From assembly GCA_040752415.1 (NCBI GenBank), contig JBFMGU010000203.1:1-19313 (forward strand): a stretch of DNA of 19,313 nt, read 5' to 3'. The stretch is from Myxococcota bacterium (GTDB taxonomy: Bacteria; Myxococcota; JACRCW01). Below are positions 9,401 through 17,334 of the stretch, one piece after another (within the stretch, counting starts at the first letter, position 1; each line of letters opens with the position of its first letter). The notes below the pieces were generated by a model, which made no database searches, had not been told where the DNA came from, and saw nothing but the letters and a program-made list of their open reading frames with translations. Made by a program: the position numbers and the translations under genes.

Positions 9401-12400
9401 ATGCGCATTGCAAGCACGCTCGTCCTGGCGTTCTCGGTCCTCTTGCCCGCGGTTGCCGCGGCCCAGACCCAGCCGCCCACCTTCAGCGTCCCGCGAGGCT
9501 TCTATTCGTCCTCCTTTACGGTCACCCTAAGCAGCCCCACCTCCGGCGCCACCATCCGCTACACCACCAACGGCACCACGCCCACCTCGGGCCGGGGCAC
9601 GCTGTACAGCGGTCCCATCACCATCAGCACCACCACGCCGCTGCGCGCGGTGGCCTACCGTTCCAGCACGGACGTCTCGCCGGTGGTGACGCAGACGTAC
9701 ATCTTCATTGGCGCAGTGCTGCGGCAGCCCGGCCGTCCCAGCGGCTACCCCAGCTACTTCGCCGACGACGACGGCGACGGCCCCTATCCCGCGGACTACG
9801 AGATGGACCCGGAGGTGGTGGGCGACAGCGACTACGCCACTGCGCTGCCGGACTCCCTGCGTGACATCCCCACCGTGTCACTGGTGACGGACGTCGCCAA
9901 CCTCTTCGACGCGGATACCGGCATCTATTACAACCCGCTGGAGAAGGGCGACGCGTGGGAGCGGCCCGTCTCCGTCGAGTGGATCAACCCGGACAACACC
10001 ACCGCCTTCGCCCTCACGGCGGGAGCGCGCATCCACGGCCAGTCCAGCCGGCGTCCCCGCAGCACGCCCAAGAAGAGCTTCCGCCTCTACTTCCGCTCCA
10101 GCCTGGGCGCCGCGAAGCTGGACTATCCCGTCTTCGCGGACATGGACCCGGTCTTCGCCGCCGACGGTGCGGTGCGCCAGTTTGACCGCATCCTGCTCAA
10201 GGGCGGGTCCAACCGGATCTGGACGTCGTGGAAGAGCTACAACCGCGGCATTGCGGACTACGTGAATGACGAGTTCCCGCGCATCGCGTTCCGGGAGATG
10301 GGGCACCTGGCGCCGCACGGGGCGCGCTACGTGCACGTCTATCTCAACGGCCTGTACTGGGGCCTCTATGACATCACCGAGCGCATCGACGACCGTTACC
10401 TGGTGGCCTACCAGGGCGGGACCCTGACGGACTACGACCTGGTCTTCCCCGACGAGGACGCCGAGCCCGCCTACACGCCGGTGGCGGAGGTCGGCACCAT
10501 TGACGCGTGGAACAGCCTGCACAGCCTGCTTTCCAGCACCCCGGTCTCCGACAGCACCTACGCCACGGCGCAACAGCGCGTGGACGTGGTGGACCTGGCG
10601 GACTACGTGATCCTCACCCACTACGTGGGCAACAACGACTGGCCCGAGCACAACTGGTACGCCTACCGCAAGCGGAGCGGCACGGACACGCGCTTCAAGT
10701 TCATCCCCTGGGACAACGACTCCGGGATGAAGCGTCTTGACGACGACATCACCACCGACGACGCGGCAGGCACGCCCGCGCGGCTCTTCCTGCGCCTGAT
10801 GACCAACGCGCAGTTCCGCCAGCTGGTGAATGACCGCGTTGCGCTGCACACCACGGGCAACGGGGTGCTCACCCCCGCACGCTGCGCCGCGCGCTACGGT
10901 GCGCTCACGGACGTCGTCGACCAGGCGGTGATCGCCGAGTCGGCGCGCTGGGGTGACTACTCCCGCGACGTGTACCACTGGGAAGACGCGGAGCCGGACT
11001 CGCTGCCCGCGTACCTGTACACGCGCAATGACTTCTGGGTGCCAACCCGCGACGACAAGCTGAACAACTACTGCCCCAACCGCACCGCGGTCTTCGTCGA
11101 CCAGTACATCGCCAACGGGTGGTACCGTCCCGGCCTGCTGGCGCCCACGTACTCGCAGAACGGCGGGGCCATCCCCAGCGGCTTCCGGCTCACCATCACC
11201 AACCCCAACCGCGGCACGGGCGACATCTTCTACACCACCAACGGCGTCGACCCGCGCAGCGCTACCGGCAGCGTGGTTCCTGGCGCGCTCAACGGCGCGG
11301 ACAGCACGGAAGTGGTCATGGACCAGGTCACCACCGTCCTCTCCCGTGTGAAGGACGGCGACCGCTGGAGCCCGCCCAACCAGGCCACGTTCTACCCGCC
11401 CCAGGACTTCTCCAGGCTGGTGATCAACGAGCTGCACTACCATCCGCCGGCGGACGGGACCGTCGACGGGGACCTGCGGGAGTTCCTGGAGCTGTACAAC
11501 GGCGGGTCCGTGGCGCTGCGCCTGGACAACGCGCGGTTCACCCGCGGCATCGACTTCACCTTTCCGCTGGGAACCAGCATTCCGGCGGGCGGCTACCTGG
11601 TGCTGGCCAGCAACGCCGCCCAGTTCCGCACCGACCACGGGTTGGCGCCCTTTGGCCAGTATGTCGGCAACCTCTCCAACTCCGGCGAGGCCGTGGAGCT
11701 GGTGGACGCGCTGGGGAACGTCATTGACCTCGTGACCTACAGCGACATCGATCCCTGGCCCGCCAGCCCCGACGGCCTGGGTCCGTCCCTGGAGCTGGTC
11801 AATCACACGCTGGACAACGCGCTGGGCTGGAACTGGCACGCCTCCGACGTGGAGGACGGCACGCCCGGTGCGCCCAACTCCGCCTACTCCGGCCCCTCCA
11901 GCAGCAGCTCGTCGTCGGGAGGCGCGGGAGTGAGCAGCTCCTCGTCGTCTTCATCGTCGTCAAGCAGTTCCTCCTCCAGCTCCTCCTCGTCGAGCAGTTC
12001 CTCTTCCTCCAGCAGTTCCTCGTCCTCGAGCAGCTCCTCCTCCAGCGGAGGCAGCGGGGCGTTCCAGGAACAGGGCGGGCTGGTGATCTTCGAGGCGGAG
12101 CACTTCACGACGAAGACCAGCCGAAGCGGGCACGAATGGACTCCGAAGACCAGCCCCACCGGTTATACCGGCGAGGCATCCATGTACGCCGGCCCCAATG
12201 ACGGCACGAACATCGACTCCTCGATCCCCAGCACCAGCCCGCAGATGGACTACCGCGTGAACCTCACACAGGGCGGCTCCTACGTGGCCTGGCTGCGCGT
12301 GCGAGCTTCTGCCACCTCGGCGGACTCCATCCACGCGGGGCTCAACGGGAGCGTGTCCGCCACGGTGCACTACAAGAAGGTCGACACCTGGGTGTGGCGC

Positions 12401-13360
12401 CCCGCCACCGTGCAGGTGCCCGCCGCGGGCATCCACGTCTTCAACCTGTGGATGCGGGAGGATGGTGCCTACGTGGACCGCGTCATCCTCACCAGGGACA
12501 GCGCCTACACCCCCAGCGGCACCGGTCCCGCCGAGAGCCCGCGCGACGGCGGGAGCACCACGCCCACCAACACCTCGCCAACGGTCAACCTCACCGCGCC
12601 CACCAACGGACAAACCGTCACCGAGGGCGACCTGGTCACGCTCACCGCCACCGCGACGGATACCGACGGCACCGTGACCCAGGTGGCCTTCTACGGTGGC
12701 GGCGTGACGCCCCTCTGCGTGGATGGCAGCGCGCCGTACACGTGCTCCTTCACGCCGGACGTGGGTGCCTACCTGCTCACCGCGGTCGCCACCGACGACG
12801 ACAACGCCACCACCACCAGCGCCGCGGTGGCCATCACGGTGGAACCGGCTTCCTCCGGTGGCAGCTCCGGCGCGTTCGTGGAGCAGAATGGGTTGGTGGT
12901 GATGGAGGCTGAGCACTACCACCAGACCACCACGGTGAACGGACATTCCTGGGTGCCGCGCACGAAGTCCGGCGACGTGGCCGAAGGCAACATGCGCTCC
13001 TACCCCAATGACGGGGTGCGGGTGGAGTCCAGCATCACCACCACCAGCCCGGTGCTCACCTACCGCGTGAACTTCACGCGCACCGGCACGTACCGCTTCT
13101 ACGTGCGCGGCTGGGGCAACAGCAGCTCCGACGACTCCGTCTACGTCGGCGTCGACGGTGCGGTGAATGGGACCATCCAGCTCGCCACGTACGACACGTG
13201 GGTCTGGCGCTACGTCCCGGTCACCATCTCCTCGCCCGGCGAGCACACCATCCACGTCTGGATGCGCCAGGACGGCATGTACATGGACCGGGTGGTGCTC
13301 CAGCAGAGCAGCACCGCGCCCAGCGGTTCGGGCCCCGTGGAAAGCCCGCGCGCGCCTTGA
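9401..13360 (+). CDS. Secreted multidomain CotH-family kinase (Fn3/chitobiase-like, CotH, Fn3-like, lamin-tail domain, poly-Ser, CBM-like, Ig-like, CBM-like), about 1319 aa
   Basis: RBS ggggag before ATG 9401 and signal peptide ending AAA-Q. PTFSVPRGFY..IRYTTNGTTP. CotH motifs KKSFRLYF, VHVYLNGLYWGLY, NNDWPEHNWY and FIPWDND. LTD LVINELHYHP..EFLELYN..LSNSGEAVEL. Two F(Q/V)EQxGLVxxEAEH domains (GH115 C-terminal-like) flank an NTSPTVNLTAP Ig-like domain. Confidence 0.93.
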   Translation: MRIASTLVLAFSVLLPAVAAAQTQPPTFSVPRGFYSSSFTVTLSSPTSGATIRYTTNGTTPTSGRGTLYSGPITISTTTPLRAVAYRSSTDVSPVVTQTYIFIGAVLRQPGRPSGYPSYFADDDGDGPYPADYEMDPEVVGDSDYATALPDSLRDIPTVSLVTDVANLFDADTGIYYNPLEKGDAWERPVSVEWINPDNTTAFALTAGARIHGQSSRRPRSTPKKSFRLYFRSSLGAAKLDYPVFADMDPVFAADGAVRQFDRILLKGGSNRIWTSWKSYNRGIADYVNDEFPRIAFREMGHLAPHGARYVHVYLNGLYWGLYDITERIDDRYLVAYQGGTLTDYDLVFPDEDAEPAYTPVAEVGTIDAWNSLHSLLSSTPVSDSTYATAQQRVDVVDLADYVILTHYVGNNDWPEHNWYAYRKRSGTDTRFKFIPWDNDSGMKRLDDDITTDDAAGTPARLFLRLMTNAQFRQLVNDRVALHTTGNGVLTPARCAARYGALTDVVDQAVIAESARWGDYSRDVYHWEDAEPDSLPAYLYTRNDFWVPTRDDKLNNYCPNRTAVFVDQYIANGWYRPGLLAPTYSQNGGAIPSGFRLTITNPNRGTGDIFYTTNGVDPRSATGSVVPGALNGADSTEVVMDQVTTVLSRVKDGDRWSPPNQATFYPPQDFSRLVINELHYHPPADGTVDGDLREFLELYNGGSVALRLDNARFTRGIDFTFPLGTSIPAGGYLVLASNAAQFRTDHGLAPFGQYVGNLSNSGEAVELVDALGNVIDLVTYSDIDPWPASPDGLGPSLELVNHTLDNALGWNWHASDVEDGTPGAPNSAYSGPSSSSSSSGGAGVSSSSSSSSSSSSSSSSSSSSSSSSSSSSSSSSSSSSSSGGSGAFQEQGGLVIFEAEHFTTKTSRSGHEWTPKTSPTGYTGEASMYAGPNDGTNIDSSIPSTSPQMDYRVNLTQGGSYVAWLRVRASATSADSIHAGLNGSVSATVHYKKVDTWVWRPATVQVPAAGIHVFNLWMREDGAYVDRVILTRDSAYTPSGTGPAESPRDGGSTTPTNTSPTVNLTAPTNGQTVTEGDLVTLTATATDTDGTVTQVAFYGGGVTPLCVDGSAPYTCSFTPDVGAYLLTAVATDDDNATTTSAAVAITVEPASSGGSSGAFVEQNGLVVMEAEHYHQTTTVNGHSWVPRTKSGDVAEGNMRSYPNDGVRVESSITTTSPVLTYRVNFTRTGTYRFYVRGWGNSSSDDSVYVGVDGAVNGTIQLATYDTWVWRYVPVTISSPGEHTIHVWMRQDGMYMDRVVLQQSSTAPSGSGPVESPRAP
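11933..12046 (+). repeat. Run of 38 consecutive serine codons (polyserine linker)
   Basis: 114 nt using all six Ser codons, between the LTD and the first CBM-like domain. Confidence 0.9.
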
Positions 13361-13387
13361 GGTCTCCGCGGTCTTCCGCTTCGCAGG
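13319..13387 (+). repeat. 69-bp direct repeat, copy 1 (end of CotH gene, stop codon and 27 nt downstream)
   Basis: cccagcggttcgggccccgtggaaagcccgcgcgcgccttgaggtctccgcggtcttccgcttcgcagg is identical to 15336-15404. Confidence 0.97.
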
Positions 13388-13815
13388 TCTTGTTTGCTCC
13401 GTCGCCCAACCGGAGTTCTCCTCGGACCAGATGACCTCCTCACGGGGCGCCATCTAACAAGAAAGCACCGGCGGGTGAGAGACAGGCTGTCCGGCCTCAG
13501 CGCGCGCTGGGCCCCCGCACCTCGCCATCCTTCCGCGAGCGAGCCAGCGCGTAACCCACGTGACCTGGGCATTGTCATCCGCAAGCCGGCGCGCAGGCTC
13601 ACGGCGGACGAAAGTGCGCACCCAGCGAATGACGCATCGCCGTGGACACACACGCGTCTCAAGCGCGGATGGCTTGCTACACGCCGCGCGCGCCCGGGTG
13701 AGGAAGGGTGCAGCGCGTCGGCGCGCGGGTTGCCGAGTGACAGCCGGCGTGTTGTGCTTCGGGTTCATGGACAACGCCACACGCTGAAGAGTGCCTGCCG
13801 CTGCGGAGGGGAATC

Positions 13816-15303
13816 GTGTTTCACACATGTCATGCCCTGACCCTCTGCGCGCTCTTGTCGTCCGCCAGTAGTTCGGCTGAGACGTTGGAGGCACCACAAG
13901 ACGTCGCGAAGCTCCGCTATGAAGAGCGGCTGGGGCTCGCGCGGGCTGCGTTGTCTGAGGGGCTTCCGCTCGACGCCTTGTTCCACGCCGAAGCAGCACT
14001 GAACTGGGACCACCGGGGGCGGGAGGCGCTGCAAATCCTGGAGGCCCTTTACAACGAGCTCGACCGGGATGCCGACGCCCAGCGGGTTCATCGCGAATTG
14101 GCACGGACGACGCCTCCGCCTCGTCCCATCGACCCCACCGTGCAGGCTCCGGGTCCCGCTCCGCGTCCAGGCCTCTTTCTGTTCGTCCAGGCCAGTGCCC
14201 TGAATGTTCGAGAGCGCGCCAGTCAGACGGGGCGTTCGATCGCACTGCTTCGCGTCGGGGACCGAGTCAGAGTGCTGGAGATCCACGGCGAATTCGCGAA
14301 GGTCTCATGGAACGCCGCGGCCCACCGCACGCTGGTGATCAACATGATGTCGGAGGAAGCTGCTCTTCCGCCGCTGCCATCGGTACCGGTGCAGGAATCA
14401 TCCGGGTACGTGGCGTGGGCATATCTGTCTGCGGAGGAGCCGAACGCTCACGCGCTGCTTTCGCACGGGATCGATCTTGAAACGGCGGGGCGATATCCGG
14501 AGGCCACCGATGCCTTGGAACGGGCAGCCTGGTTGTTGCCTTCGCACGGTGGCGTTCTCCGTCGTCTGGCTCGCTGTGCCACGTTGGCGGAGCGCTACAG
14601 GGTAGCGGTGTCGGCGGGGCTGCGCCTCACGCAGGTCCAGGACGTCCCGGCAGCGTCAAGCGTCCTCCTTGGATGTCGCGGGAGTCCGCTGGACGCGGAG
14701 GTCTTTGCATCCACCAGCGAGGTACCTGAGGGGGCCACGGCTGCGTGCGTGACGGAACCCGACATTCCGCGGTCCTGCGAGCCGTGTGGAATCCCCAATT
14801 CCCCGAGCGAGGAGTTCGAGCAGGACATCGAGATGCGGCGCGAGGCGGCCCACCGTGAGCAGGAGGAATATGACGAGTCCTCCAGAAGGGTCGAAGAAGC
14901 GCGGGATGCTATCAAGACTCGGTTTCCGAACGGCGCCTGGGTTCACATCCGTGTTCCATCGGATGAGAAGCGTGGGACCTTCACCGCCTATTTCTACTCC
15001 ATGCGCATGAAGCTCCGGCATTCATGTGGCTCGTACTCCCTGAACGGTCAAACCGGAGAGGTGACGCTGTCTCCGCCACTGCGAATCCGCGAGAGGACTA
15101 GCGTGGACATCTGGGTGCGTGTTCCGGACGAATCCGACCAGCTCTACGGGTTGGTGGCGACACATGACGGGGTTCTGGCTCGGTCCTTCGTCGTCAACAT
15201 GGTTCAGAAGATGCACGTGGATACCTTTGAGGGCGCCATCGCCTCCCTGCCGAGGGGCTCCGCCCACACCGTGAGGAAGGCGTGCGGGTGTTGCGGCTGC
15301 TAG
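13816..15303 (+). CDS. Exported TPR- and SH3b-containing hypothetical protein ending in CGCCGC, 495 aa
   Basis: GTG start with ggagggg upstream and a signal-like N-terminus. SH3b-like VQASALNVRERASQTGRSIALLRVGDRVRVLEIHGEFAKV...GYVAWAYLS. TPR-like HGIDLETAGRYPEATDALERAAWLLP. Confidence 0.8.
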   Translation: MFHTCHALTLCALLSSASSSAETLEAPQDVAKLRYEERLGLARAALSEGLPLDALFHAEAALNWDHRGREALQILEALYNELDRDADAQRVHRELARTTPPPRPIDPTVQAPGPAPRPGLFLFVQASALNVRERASQTGRSIALLRVGDRVRVLEIHGEFAKVSWNAAAHRTLVINMMSEEAALPPLPSVPVQESSGYVAWAYLSAEEPNAHALLSHGIDLETAGRYPEATDALERAAWLLPSHGGVLRRLARCATLAERYRVAVSAGLRLTQVQDVPAASSVLLGCRGSPLDAEVFASTSEVPEGATAACVTEPDIPRSCEPCGIPNSPSEEFEQDIEMRREAAHREQEEYDESSRRVEEARDAIKTRFPNGAWVHIRVPSDEKRGTFTAYFYSMRMKLRHSCGSYSLNGQTGEVTLSPPLRIRERTSVDIWVRVPDESDQLYGLVATHDGVLARSFVVNMVQKMHVDTFEGAIASLPRGSAHTVRKACGCCGC

Positions 15304-15377
15304 ATCGCGTGCTGCTCACCCAGGCCAGCAATCGTCCCAGCGGTTCGGGCCCCGTGGAAAGCCCGCGCGCGCCTTGA
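15303..15377 (+). pseudogene. Orphan C-terminal remnant of a CotH-gene homolog (DRVLLTQASNRPSGSGPVESPRAP*)
   Basis: Aligns without gaps to the last 24 codons of the CotH gene (13286-13360, DRVVLQQSSTAPSGSGPVESPRAP*). The first 33 nt match at 20/33 and the rest is identical. Confidence 0.85.
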
Positions 15378-15404
15378 GGTCTCCGCGGTCTTCCGCTTCG
15401 CAGG
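15336..15404 (+). repeat. 69-bp direct repeat, copy 2
   Basis: Identical to 13319-13387. Confidence 0.97.
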
Positions 15405-15561
15405 AAATGTTGCTCCGCCGTCCGTCCGACGACGACGTGCTCCGTCACCCGTCCTACGGCATGTGGGTCCGCCCCCCCACACGACCGATATCGTCGGAGC
15501 CTGGCCCTACGGTTTGCTGCGTGCGTCACGGCATTGCTTCTGCCGCAAACCGGAGAACCTG

Positions 15562-17262
15562 ATGCGACGCGCGCTTCTCTCCTCCATGGTGCTGTTCTCT
15601 CTCGGCTGCCTCACCCCGACGGAGAGCACGGAGATCGACGACGACCACCCGCTGGACATCACCCTCGGTCGCGACGAGATCAAGACCACCTTCACGCTCA
15701 TTGATGGCTACTACGAGTCCCCGGTGATGGAGGTCCCCGCGGGCGCTTCCCGCGTGGCGGCCATGCTCACCCTCACGGACGTGCCGGTGGACATCGCGCG
15801 CAAGCTGCAGGCGCGCCTGGTGCGCGACGACGGCTCCACGTCCGACTGGGTGCCCATGGATGTGACGTTCAACGAAGAGGAGCTGCGCGTCATCCGCACC
15901 GACCTCGCCGAGGTGGGCTCCCAGGTCCAGCTGCGTGTGCCGGAGGGTGACGTGGACTTCATCCGCCTGCTCACCTGGTCCGCGGTCATTCCGCAGGACG
16001 AGGAGCTGGCGGATGACAGCGCCATCTCGGTGGCCAACAGCGAGCAGGGCCAGGCGCTCAACGGGGACCTGGCGAATGCCGGCGTGCTCGCGCGCTCGGC
16101 GTGGAATGCACGTCCCACCCGTTGCACCTCGAGCGACCGTCCCAAGGAGCGCATGGCCATCCACCACACCGCGGGCGCGCCCACCGCCGGCGGCTCGTAC
16201 GAGGCGGGACTGCGCCAGATCCAGGCGTATCACATGGACGGTCGCGGCTACTGCGACGCGGGCTATCACTTCGCGGTCACGCTCGACGGGCGCGTCTGGG
16301 AGCTGCGTCCGCTGAACTTCCTGGGCGGTCACAGCCGCAGCTACAACAGTGGCAACGCGGGCATTGTGCTGGTGGGTTGTTTTGACAGCAGCGGCGCCTG
16401 CGCCAACGTGTCCGGCCCGCGCACGCCTCCCGACGCCATGGTGCAGGGCGCGGCGCGCGTGGTGGCGGCGCTCAGCAACATGTACGGCATTGCCATCAAC
16501 AGCGACCGCATCAAGGGCCACGGCCAGCAGCCCTACCAGCAGACCGGCTGCCCGGGTGACGGCGGGCGCGCGCGCCTGGAGGACATCCGCGCCGCGGCCC
16601 GCAACGGGACGGCTCCCGCGCCCAGCGATCCTCCTCCGCCCGCCGGCGACGAGTGCGGCCAGGTGCGCGTGAACACCAGCGGCGGCACGCTCAACATCCG
16701 TCCCACGGCTTCCACGGCGAACTCACCGGTGGGCACGCTGGCCGACGGGGCGCGCGTGGAGCGCATCAGCTCGACGGAAGGGCAGTCCGTCAACGGCAAC
16801 CGCACCTGGCACCGCATCCGTCGCAATGACGGCGTGGTGGGCTACGTCTCCGCGGCGTACACGCAGTGCATTGCCACGCCCGCGGCGCAGCCGGCCACCG
16901 CGACCCCGGTGGACTCGCCCACCGGCTGCGCGTTCATGGGCGCCAACGAGGCGCTCACCGCGGGTCAGGCGGTGAACTCCTGCGACGGTCGCTTCACCTT
17001 CGTGCACCAGGCCGACGGCAACGTGGTGCTCTACAAGGCGGGCGTGGCGCGCTGGGCCTCCAACACCAACGGCCGCTCGACGGGCACGTTGATCATGCAG
17101 GCCGACGGCAACCTGGTGCTCTACTCGCCGGGTGGCACGGCGGTGTGGAGCAGCCAGACGCACGGCAACCCCGGCGCCACGCTGGCGGTCCAGGATGACG
17201 GCAACGTGGTGATCTACGCGCCGGGCAACCGCGCCATCTGGGCCACCGGCACCGACGAGTAA
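15562..17262 (+). CDS. Lipoprotein: N-acetylmuramoyl-L-alanine amidase (Amidase_2/PGRP-like), SH3b and bulb-type mannose-binding lectin, about 566 aa
   Basis: RBS ggag before ATG 15562 and lipobox FSLG-C. Amidase motifs RSAWNAR, IHHTAG, IQAYHM..GYCDAGYHF, GGHSRSYN and IKGH..TGCPG (His/His/Cys Zn ligands). SH3b LNIRPTAST..GYVSAAY. Three QxDxNxVxY motifs. Confidence 0.93.
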   Translation: MRRALLSSMVLFSLGCLTPTESTEIDDDHPLDITLGRDEIKTTFTLIDGYYESPVMEVPAGASRVAAMLTLTDVPVDIARKLQARLVRDDGSTSDWVPMDVTFNEEELRVIRTDLAEVGSQVQLRVPEGDVDFIRLLTWSAVIPQDEELADDSAISVANSEQGQALNGDLANAGVLARSAWNARPTRCTSSDRPKERMAIHHTAGAPTAGGSYEAGLRQIQAYHMDGRGYCDAGYHFAVTLDGRVWELRPLNFLGGHSRSYNSGNAGIVLVGCFDSSGACANVSGPRTPPDAMVQGAARVVAALSNMYGIAINSDRIKGHGQQPYQQTGCPGDGGRARLEDIRAAARNGTAPAPSDPPPPAGDECGQVRVNTSGGTLNIRPTASTANSPVGTLADGARVERISSTEGQSVNGNRTWHRIRRNDGVVGYVSAAYTQCIATPAAQPATATPVDSPTGCAFMGANEALTAGQAVNSCDGRFTFVHQADGNVVLYKAGVARWASNTNGRSTGTLIMQADGNLVLYSPGGTAVWSSQTHGNPGATLAVQDDGNVVIYAPGNRAIWATGTDE

Positions 17263-17334
17263 GCGCACCTCGGGAAGCGCGCGAACGAAGAGGTCCGGCG
17301 CTCAGCTCCCCGACGACGACGAGGCGGGAGACCA

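Larger units (their letters stand above)
13319..15404. mobile_element. Putative inserted single-gene islet (repeat-to-repeat unit 2017 bp) with no recombinase
   Basis: Bounded by 69-bp perfect direct repeats that duplicate the 3' end of the upstream gene. The cargo CDS has visibly more A/T-ending codons than its neighbours. Confidence 0.65.

Noticed and set aside
4976..13453. Long antisense and alternate-frame ORFs (e.g. 4976-6583, 5664-7946, 9878-11839, 11960-13453)
   Set aside because: They are shadows of well-supported genes, expected from scarce stop codons in high-GC DNA.
13448..13459. Integron attC-like ATCTAAC, with a 10/12 inverted match near 15298-15309
   Set aside because: There is no GTTRRRY partner within attC distance, the arrangement does not fit a cassette, and the match is short.
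13394..13840. Short ORFs or a hammerhead-like RNA in the 455-bp gap before the cargo gene
   Set aside because: The ORFs have no recognisable motifs, and the CTGAAGA and GACGAAA pieces are not arranged as a hammerhead core.
15529..15543. Sigma-54-like CGGCATTGCTTCTGC upstream of the amidase
   Set aside because: The spacing is right, but the implied start site would fall in the RBS about 7 nt before the ATG.
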